DNA of 32,000 nt, taken from the NCBI RefSeq assembly GCF_000007145.1, contig NC_003902.1, positions 2,816,497 through 2,848,496 on the forward strand, read 5' to 3'. This DNA is from Xanthomonas campestris pv. campestris str. ATCC 33913 (GTDB taxonomy: Bacteria; Pseudomonadota; Gammaproteobacteria; Xanthomonadales; Xanthomonadaceae). Under the pieces are notes generated by a model, which saw nothing but the letters and a program-made list of their open reading frames with translations, searched no databases and was not told the origin of the DNA. The position numbers and the translations under genes are program-made. This document shows positions 8,471 to 18,193 of the stretch, piece after piece; the first letter of the stretch is position 1, and the number at the start of each line of letters is the position of its first letter.

Positions 8471-10252
8471 TCACCGTGCCGGCGTTGCCAGCTGCACTGC
8501 GGCCTTGCCCACCGGATTGCGCGGGTCACTACCACCGCTGAGCACATTGCGGCGCTTGTCCCATTCCACGGTCTGGAAATTACCCCAGACGTGGCTGGAA
8601 CCGCGGCCGCCCTCAGCGGTGTCGCCCGGCAACTTGAGCGCGTGGCCCATTGCTTCCAGCGCCTTGGCGGTTTGCGGCGAGAACGCATTGCTCTCGGCCT
8701 CGATGACGTCCGGCAACCACTGGTGGTGATACCGCGGCAAGGCACTGACCTGCTGCGCGTCCAGTCCGGCGTCGTACCCCAGGATGCCGAGCAGCACCAT
8801 GGTGATGATGCGGCTGCCGCCCGGGGTGCCGAGCACGGCGACCTTGTCGGCCGACTCCATGAAGGTGGGCGTCATCGAGCTGAGCATGCGCTTGCCCGGC
8901 TTGGGCGCGTTGGCGGCATAGCCCATCACGCCAAACGCGTTCGGGGTGCCGGGCTTGAGCGCAAAGTCATCCATCTCGTCGTTGAGCAGCACGCCAGTGC
9001 CCTTGGGGATCAGCCCGGAGCCGTACAGCAGGTTCACCGTCTGGGTGGCGCCCACGCGGTTGCCTTCGCCATCGATGATGGAAAAGTGCGTGGTCTCGTC
9101 GTCTTCCAGCGGCGTCGGGTTGCCCGACAGCAGGTTGCTCGGCGTGGCCTTGTCCGGATTGATGGTGGCACGCAGGCCCTGCGCGTAATCCTTGCTGGTC
9201 AGCACGCGCTGCGGTACGTCGACAAAGTCCGGGTCGCCCAGGAAAAAGGTGCGGTCACGGTAGGCGCGGCGCATCGCTTCCACCACCAAATGAGTGCGGT
9301 GCGCGTCGTCGAGCGTGTTCAAGTCCCAGCCTTCCAGGATCTGCAGCATCGCCGCGAGTGCAATACCACCGGAAGAAGGCGGCGGCGCGGTGGTGACCTT
9401 CCAGCCGCGGTAATCGAACTGGATCGGCGTGCGCTCCTTGACCTGATACCCGGCCAGTTCGGCAGCGGTCCAGCGCCCACCGGCCTGCTTGACGCCGGCC
9501 AGCAGTTTCTTGGCGGTCTCGCCCTTGTAGAAACCGTCAAAGCCCTTCTCGCCCAGCAGCGTCAGGGTGTGCGCGAGCTCGGGCTGCTTGAAGATGTCGC
9601 CTTCGGCAATGGGTTTTCCGCCGCGCAAGTAAACCTCGCGCGTGCCGGGGTAGCGCTCCATCACTTCGCGCCGCGAGGCGTAGCCCTTGGCCATGCGCGC
9701 ATACACCGGGAAGCCCTCGGTAGCGATGCGGATCGCCGGTGCCAGCGATTGGGTGAGCGGCAGCCGGCCGTGCTTGGCCGCCAGTTCCACAAGCGCCGCT
9801 GGCAAACCGGGGATGCCGGCCGACCACGGGCCGTTGACCGAGCGGTCGCGGTCCAGCCCGCCGTTCTTGTCCAAAAACTGTGCGGAAGTGGCGGACTCCG
9901 GCGCGTACTCGCGCGCGTCCAGCATCACGTCCTTGCCGGTCTTGGCGTCGTGCAACAGGAAGAACCCGCCGCCGCCCAGCCCCGAGCTGATTGGCTCGAC
10001 CACCGCCAGCGTGGACGACACCGCGATCGCCGCATCGAAGGCATTGCCGCCTTCGCGCAGGATCTGCAGCCCGGCATCGGTGGCCAGCGCATGGCCACTG
10101 GCCACCGCCGCACCCGGCGGATGCGTGGCGGTGCCGGCGGGCGGCGGCGTGGCCGCTGCGGCGTCGGGCTGGGCCGACCACGCGGCTGGGGCGACCACGA
10201 AGGCCAGCAACAACAGGCCACTCGGGAACAAGCGTCGGGGGGAAGTGATCAC
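8471..10252 (-). CDS. ggt: Gamma-glutamyltranspeptidase (periplasmic, autoprocessing)
   Basis: 593-aa ORF. Signal peptide MITSPRRLFPSGLLLLAFVVAPAAWS. GGT blocks are present, including the autocleavage/nucleophile site EDDETTHFSIIDGEGN, plus SGLGGGGF and LNDEMDDF. GTG start at 10252 overlaps the ferredoxin stop. Confidence 0.95.
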   Translation of the reverse strand: MITSPRRLFPSGLLLLAFVVAPAAWSAQPDAAAATPPPAGTATHPPGAAVASGHALATDAGLQILREGGNAFDAAIAVSSTLAVVEPISSGLGGGGFFLLHDAKTGKDVMLDAREYAPESATSAQFLDKNGGLDRDRSVNGPWSAGIPGLPAALVELAAKHGRLPLTQSLAPAIRIATEGFPVYARMAKGYASRREVMERYPGTREVYLRGGKPIAEGDIFKQPELAHTLTLLGEKGFDGFYKGETAKKLLAGVKQAGGRWTAAELAGYQVKERTPIQFDYRGWKVTTAPPPSSGGIALAAMLQILEGWDLNTLDDAHRTHLVVEAMRRAYRDRTFFLGDPDFVDVPQRVLTSKDYAQGLRATINPDKATPSNLLSGNPTPLEDDETTHFSIIDGEGNRVGATQTVNLLYGSGLIPKGTGVLLNDEMDDFALKPGTPNAFGVMGYAANAPKPGKRMLSSMTPTFMESADKVAVLGTPGGSRIITMVLLGILGYDAGLDAQQVSALPRYHHQWLPDVIEAESNAFSPQTAKALEAMGHALKLPGDTAEGGRGSSHVWGNFQTVEWDKRRNVLSGGSDPRNPVGKAAVQLATPAR

Positions 10253-10533
10253 GGGGCGGGAGGCTCCTGTTCGTACAGTTCGGGATGATCGCGCTGCAGC
10301 TGGATGAGCTTGGCCAGCAATTGATCATGTGTTTCCGGGATCGCCGGGTCCGGGTCGATGCATTCGACCGGGCACACCACCACGCACTGCGCCTCGTCGA
10401 AATGACCGACACATTCGGTGCAGCGCGCCGGATCGATCACATAGATGGTTTCGCCCATCGAGATGGCCTGATTCGGGCACGCCGGCTCGCAGACGTCGCA
10501 GTTGACGCACAGCTCGTTGATCTTCAGCGACAT
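10249..10533 (-). CDS. yfhL: YfhL-type 2x[4Fe-4S] ferredoxin
   Basis: Inner ATG (cat at 10531-10533) gives 94 aa. MSLKINELCVNCDVCEPACPNQAISMGETIYVIDPARCTECVGHFDEAQCVVVCPVECI is collinear with E. coli YfhL (CINCDMCEPECPNEAISMG...CTECVGH...CPV). Two CxxCxxCxxxCP-type clusters are present. Confidence 0.9.
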   Translation of the reverse strand: MSLKINELCVNCDVCEPACPNQAISMGETIYVIDPARCTECVGHFDEAQCVVVCPVECIDPDPAIPETHDQLLAKLIQLQRDHPELYEQEPPAP

Positions 10534-10631
10534 GTGGAGGCCACCTGCGGGGCCAGGCCCAGGCGAAGCAGCTGCTCGCGCGCGACGGCGCAGGCACTGC
10601 GATGGACGCCGCCGGTGGCGGTGTCGGGGAA

Positions 10632-10647
10632 CGGCCCCGAAGGGCCG
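10632..10647 (-). other. UUCG-tetraloop hairpin in the lipoprotein-ferredoxin intergenic region
   Basis: The minus strand reads CGGCCC-UUCG-GGGCCG: a perfect 6-bp GC stem with a UUCG loop, followed by UUCCCC. Function unknown; candidates are processing, stability or weak termination. Confidence 0.3.
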
Positions 10648-10694
10648 ACCCGGATGGAGTGCAACGTCAGCAGCATGGTGCGTTTCCACGCCGC

Positions 10695-10724
10695 GGCCGG
10701 ATGCGCCCTCCCGCGCACCCGGCC
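10695..10724 (-). terminator. Strong stem-loop 10 nt downstream of the lipoprotein gene stop
   Basis: The minus strand reads GGCCGGGTGCGC-GGGAGG-GCGCATCCGGCC: a 12-bp stem (one G-U pair) with a 6-nt loop. No U-tract, so it is either a factor-dependent or leaky terminator or a REP-like element. Confidence 0.35.
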
Positions 10725-10734
10725 TGGTACGGCA

Positions 10735-11232
10735 TTACTTGGCTTCAACGAAGATGTATTCCGCGCCCTTGGGCTGGATGATGGTCTGCACGCGCGCGTT
10801 CTCGGCGGCATTGCCGATGAACAACACGCGCACGCCCTTCATCGAATCCGGCTGCACGTCCTTGAACGCGGCTTCGATCAGGTCGGCCATCTTGGTGGAG
10901 GCCGACGAACCGAAGGCCAGCATGTTGCCCGGCTGCACGCCACGGGCCAGCGCGGTCTTGACGCTTTCCAGCTGACGCTCGTAGCTGCCGGCGAACTCGG
11001 CATCGGATTCCGGCGGCAAGTAGTACAGGAACGGGCTGTTGGTGGTGGTGCCCAGGTTCTGGCCAACCACTTCCTGCAGGTACTTCTTCCAGCCGGCGTT
11101 GTCGTCCTTGGCCGGAGCGGTCAGCGCAGCCGGAGCGGCAGCGGCGGTCGGTGCCGGCTCTTCCTTCTTGCAGGCGGTGACGGCCAGAGCGGCGATCGAA
11201 GCGAGCGCCAGCGCGCGCATGGTGTGTTTCAT
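10735..11232 (-). CDS. Small lipoprotein of unknown function
   Basis: 165-aa ORF. ATG at 11232 is preceded by a strong SD (AAGGGAGGAG, 5-nt spacer). MKHTMRALALASIAALAVTAC carries a lipobox, followed by an Ala/Pro-rich linker and a globular C-terminal domain. No family recognised. Confidence 0.75.
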   Translation of the reverse strand: MKHTMRALALASIAALAVTACKKEEPAPTAAAAPAALTAPAKDDNAGWKKYLQEVVGQNLGTTTNSPFLYYLPPESDAEFAGSYERQLESVKTALARGVQPGNMLAFGSSASTKMADLIEAAFKDVQPDSMKGVRVLFIGNAAENARVQTIIQPKGAEYIFVEAK

Positions 11233-11282
11233 GAAACTCCTCCCTTTGAAAAGCGTGTGGTGGTGTTGACTGCTGAGACGGT

Positions 11283-12409
<1,127 letters not shown>

Positions 12410-12569
12410 CGGCGCACGCACGTGGTCGGCTGATGAAGGCAAGGCAGCAACGGGGCGGCAGGCGTCATGGGCAGGCAATGAAAGAACCGGTGCCCATGAT
12501 AGCGCTGCGGCCGCCATGGCCGCGCCGTGTTCCGGGCGGCCGCTGCATTGCTGAATCCTGCCATCAGGC

Positions 12570-12598
12570 CTTGAAAAATTTCGCATGCAGCCTCATCC
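12570..12598 (+). promoter_or_regulatory. Candidate sigma32 (heat-shock) promoter of htpG
   Basis: CTTGAAA (12570-12576), a 14-nt spacer, then CCTCATCC (12591-12598). The E. coli-type sigma32 consensus is CTTGAAA-N13-14-CCCCATNT. The site lies about 50 nt upstream of the htpG ATG. Confidence 0.45.
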
Positions 12599-12649
12599 CC
12601 CAGGCCATCGGCCGCACTGCGGCCCAGGCCACCACGGAGCACGACCACA

Positions 12650-14554
<1,905 letters not shown>

Positions 14555-14580
14555 AGCTTACGACACACTGGTGATACACC

Positions 14581-14609
14581 AAGACCGGCGCATGCGCCGG
14601 TCTTTTTTT
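14581..14609 (+). terminator. Rho-independent terminator of htpG
   Basis: aagaccggcgca/tgcgccggtctt is a perfect 24-nt palindrome (14581-14604) immediately followed by a T-run (14605-14609). It starts 27 nt after the htpG stop. Confidence 0.9.
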
Positions 14610-14807
14610 ATGTCTATCCTGGCTTATGGAAGACGCCTCACCTGCGTCGCAGATCACTTACCGAGTGGAACGTCATCATCAGAGCGTTGAACGCGCGCCA
14701 GCCGCCACTGTGAGTGCAGCAGGCATGCCACCCGCACTCCCGACATGGCCAATACATAAAACAATTGAATTGACCTGACTCCGGCAATGCAACAAGGCAG
14801 AACTGCA

Positions 14808-15500
14808 ATGATGAACAATCGATTCCTACTTGCACTGCTCGCCGCTTTGGCGGCCTCATTTCCGGCATGGAGTTCGGATATCGGCAAACCAGCAACTTGG
14901 CAATCATCGCGATCCGCTGAACTCAATCGAACCCGCGACCTTCCCAAATTGACCGAAGCATTGATCGCCAATTTCGATCCCGATGGCAACATCGTCCCAA
15001 CAACCGTCAGCGAAGCGCAATTCATCGATCTTGATAACGATGGAACGTTGGAGCTTGTTGCGCTGGTCGACTATTCGGGACGACAGTTTTTCAGCACGAT
15101 GATTGTCATCACGACCGTCAATGCAAAGCCGGTCGTGGTGACATACCGCAGCAACGGCGCCAACATGGATCGCCTGGGCGAGCGCATCATTACAGAACCT
15201 GAAAACCCGAAAAAATTGATTGTCGCAGACCGTTTCATCGGGGGATACCAAGGGTCGACGGCAAGCGCCAAAGAACAGCAACTTCTGGAACTCAGATCGG
15301 CCACACTGGAGGATGTCAGCGCGCACTATCCCAGTTACTACCTCACCAAGCGTCTACCCGCACTGGAAAAACAGGCCCGCATGTCTGCTCCAGTCGATAA
15401 TGCAGACGACGTCGGGCTTGGCCCGATGAATTCCGACGAAAATAAGCGCGTGCTCAGGCAGGAGATAGAACGGGCTCGGGAGCAGTCGCTAGGCAAGTGA
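14808..15500 (+). CDS. Secreted hypothetical protein (orphan, low-GC) with FG-GAP/EF-hand-like DxDxDG motifs
   Basis: Track ORF 14787..15500. I prefer the ATG at 14808 (aagg about 12 nt upstream), which gives MMNNRFLLALLAALAASFPAWS/SD, a signal peptide. Motifs NFDPDGNIV and FIDLDNDGTLELVALVDYSG are present, and the C-terminus is charged and helical (RVLRQEIERAREQ). Codon usage and GC clearly differ from neighbouring genes. It is the only ORF in the island with a coherent protein-like sequence. Confidence 0.6.
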   Translation: MMNNRFLLALLAALAASFPAWSSDIGKPATWQSSRSAELNRTRDLPKLTEALIANFDPDGNIVPTTVSEAQFIDLDNDGTLELVALVDYSGRQFFSTMIVITTVNAKPVVVTYRSNGANMDRLGERIITEPENPKKLIVADRFIGGYQGSTASAKEQQLLELRSATLEDVSAHYPSYYLTKRLPALEKQARMSAPVDNADDVGLGPMNSDENKRVLRQEIERAREQSLGK

Positions 15501-15667
15501 TGCATTGGTTCCATCCGTGCCAGGATTTGAGACGCTCCCATAGAGTATCGCCAGCTGCTGGGGCGTAGATGGATCGATTGGCTCGTCCACATGCCGCACC
15601 GCGTAGTCGGGCTGTCGATGGGATGACTCGCTCTCATCGTGGCTCGTGAGCTTGGGTCGGCACAAGT

Positions 15668-18043
15668 TCACGCCGACTCCAGCACCCAACATCCGAACAC
15701 AGGCCCGGCCGAGTAGCCGGTCTCCGGTTCGATGCGGATCTGCAGGGTGGCGCGTCCGGCGACCGCTGCTGGCAAGGCGTAATCCACGTCGACGAAGTCC
15801 AGGCCGCGGTTACCGTCGAGGCGTTCGTTGGCAATAAGTTCGCCGTCGGCGAGGATGCGAAAGCGGCGGCGGGTTTCGTCGCCCCAGTAGCGCAGGCGCA
15901 GCACGCGGGCGGTTGCGGTGTTGCGCAGGGTAAAGGCGATGAAGCCGCCGGTGCGGGCGTCACGGCCGGCGCGGCGGCGGTAGCTCAGTGCGTAGGAGCC
16001 GTCGCTCTGCAGGGCGTGCGCTTTTTCAGACGCGTCGTCGCCCAGGGCGACCCAGTCCAGTGCACTGGCATCGAGCGCACGCTGGCGTGCGGCTGCGGCG
16101 TCCTGTTCGGCCTGGCGTTGCTGCCAGTCGTTGGCACTGCGGTGTTCCAGGTAGACCGCGCTGCGGCGGTCGAACTGCGCGTAGAACGGTGAGAAGCGCC
16201 ACTGTTGGGCGCCATCGCTGTAGACGTAGCTGCCCTGCCCCGCCGCTGGTTGCAGCTGCTGCAGGACCTCGTCACCGCCGATCAGCGCCAGCGTCTTGCC
16301 CGACCACGGCGTGGCGGCATCGCCCAGATCTGCCGCCAGCACCAGTGGTCCGCGCAGCACCGAGACCCAGGCGGGGTCATCGGGCGTGGCTTCCAGCCGC
16401 AATGGCATTTGCAGGCTGAGGTTGAGCGTGTCGCCTGGGTGCCAGATGCGCGTGACCCGCAGATAGCCATCGACAGCCGCTGCGTCCACGACCGCGCCAT
16501 TGAGCTGCAGCACCGGCGCGGCCGCCCAGCCGGGTACCCGCAGCGAGAGCGTGCGCTGCGCTGCCGGCGCAGCGTCGATGCGCAGCGAGACGCTGCCTTG
16601 CGCCGGCAGCGCGCTGTGCAAGGTCATGTCAAGCCCGGCTGCGTTCCGCACGCGTGACGGCACATACAGATTGATCGCCACGCCCTGCCCGTCTTCCCAG
16701 TAAATCGAGTCACCGAACTGGGCGTGCGCTTCCATGCCGCTGCCGACGCAACACCAGAAATCATCGAACGGCGATGACCAACCGCGTGCCTCACCGGCCA
16801 GCATCGGTGTCATGTAGGTGAACATGCCGGTGCGTGGATGCTGCTGCGCCATCACGTGATTGAGCAGCGTGCGCTCGTAGTAATCGAAGTACGCGGCTTG
16901 CGGACCCCATTGGTACAGGTGCCGGGTGAGCTTGAGCATGTTGTAGCTGGAACAATGTTCGCAGGTCTGCTCGGTGAGAAAGCGCGCAATGCTGTCCGGC
17001 TGCTGGAAATATTCGCGGTCGCCATTGCCACCGATTACATAGCTGTGATGGTCGGTGACTGTATTCCAGAAGAAGCGCGCCGCCGCGCCGGAAGCCGCAT
17101 CACCGGTCACCTCGTATTCGCGGGCCAGGCCGATGAGCTTGGGGATGTTGGTGTTGGAATGCTGGTGCACCAGTTCGTCGCGTTGTGCGACCAGCGGATC
17201 GAGCACGGCGTGGTGATGCAGGCGTTGCGCCAACGCCAGCCACTGCGCATCGCCGGTGCGCACATGCAGCTCGACGAAGGATTCGTTGAGGCCCCCGAAT
17301 TCGCACGACAGCACTTTCTGCAACTGCGCATCGTCGAGTACGGAAAACACCGCTTGCAGATAGCCAGCTAAGCCCACCGCCACCTGCAGTGCCTGCGCGT
17401 TGTCGCAATGCACATGCACGTCGAGCAGGCCGGCGAACAGCTTGTGCCAGGTGTACAGCGGTGCCCAGCTGCCGTTGAGATAGAACGGTAGCGGCTCGAT
17501 CTTGCCGCGTTTGAGTTCGTCGAACACCTCGCGGCCACTCTCGATCTGGCCGGCCGCATTCTTGCGGGTGAAGCCGGCCACGTAGCCATCGCCGGCATGC
17601 GCCTGGCAGCGTGCGAGTTCGGCCACCAGATAGCTGGCGCGCGTGCGGCACTGCGCATCGTCGGTTTGCGCATGCATCAGCGCCAAGGCACTGAGGTAGT
17701 GTCCCAGCGTGTGGCCGGCGATGGTGTCCGCTTCCCAGCCACCGTAGGCGGGGGCCTTGGGATCGAGACCGGCGTACAGCACGAAGTTGTGCAGCAAGCG
17801 GTCCGGCTGCAAGCGCATCAGATAACGGCGATTGGTGTGCAACGCATCCAGAAACAGCGACGGCATCAGCCGCACCTGCGCCAGCGGCACCGCGCGGATG
17901 CTGCCGGGCTGCGCCGCGGCGGCCTGGGCTGGAAAACGCAGGAATCCGGCCGCCACCGCCAGACTGCTCCAGGCCAGAAACCGACGCCGCGACAGGCTCA
18001 GCGCAGCATCGTTCACGTCATCATTGGGGTGTGCATGCGTCAT
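15668..18043 (-). CDS. GH127 (DUF1680) beta-L-arabinofuranosidase, Tat-exported
   Basis: 791 aa with ATG at 18043. Twin-arginine signal LSRRRFLAWSSLAVAAGFLRFPAQA. GH127 blocks are present: IAGHTLGHYLSALALM, HSNTNIPKLIG, TEQTCEHC, and the vicinal Cys pair FWCCVGSGMEAH (TGT TGC at 16748-16753). This corresponds to the Zn-binding Cys/nucleophile arrangement known for HypBA1. There is an extra C-terminal beta-sandwich-like region. Confidence 0.88.
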   Translation of the reverse strand: MTHAHPNDDVNDAALSLSRRRFLAWSSLAVAAGFLRFPAQAAAAQPGSIRAVPLAQVRLMPSLFLDALHTNRRYLMRLQPDRLLHNFVLYAGLDPKAPAYGGWEADTIAGHTLGHYLSALALMHAQTDDAQCRTRASYLVAELARCQAHAGDGYVAGFTRKNAAGQIESGREVFDELKRGKIEPLPFYLNGSWAPLYTWHKLFAGLLDVHVHCDNAQALQVAVGLAGYLQAVFSVLDDAQLQKVLSCEFGGLNESFVELHVRTGDAQWLALAQRLHHHAVLDPLVAQRDELVHQHSNTNIPKLIGLAREYEVTGDAASGAAARFFWNTVTDHHSYVIGGNGDREYFQQPDSIARFLTEQTCEHCSSYNMLKLTRHLYQWGPQAAYFDYYERTLLNHVMAQQHPRTGMFTYMTPMLAGEARGWSSPFDDFWCCVGSGMEAHAQFGDSIYWEDGQGVAINLYVPSRVRNAAGLDMTLHSALPAQGSVSLRIDAAPAAQRTLSLRVPGWAAAPVLQLNGAVVDAAAVDGYLRVTRIWHPGDTLNLSLQMPLRLEATPDDPAWVSVLRGPLVLAADLGDAATPWSGKTLALIGGDEVLQQLQPAAGQGSYVYSDGAQQWRFSPFYAQFDRRSAVYLEHRSANDWQQRQAEQDAAAARQRALDASALDWVALGDDASEKAHALQSDGSYALSYRRRAGRDARTGGFIAFTLRNTATARVLRLRYWGDETRRRFRILADGELIANERLDGNRGLDFVDVDYALPAAVAGRATLQIRIEPETGYSAGPVFGCWVLESA

Positions 18044-18193
18044 CGGACCAGCTTAGCTCCTGTAGGCAACGGCGCAGTGCGCACGCGGTTGCAGTCTGCG
18101 GTGGTCGGCCTTGCGCTCGGCGGTGTTGCGGCGTCGTTGCGACGATGGAACGCAAGCGCCGGCTGCACGCACACACGCCCACCACTGCGCCAG

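Noticed and set aside
14638-15692. Minus-strand ORFs in the low-GC island (14638..14907, 14654..15025, 14904..15326, 15338..15637, 15489..15692)
   Set aside because: They overlap the plus-strand orphan gene or each other, lack SD and signal features, and have Cys/Arg-rich or Ser-rich unprotein-like sequences. I looked for integrase, transposase or toxin-antitoxin remnants and recognised none.
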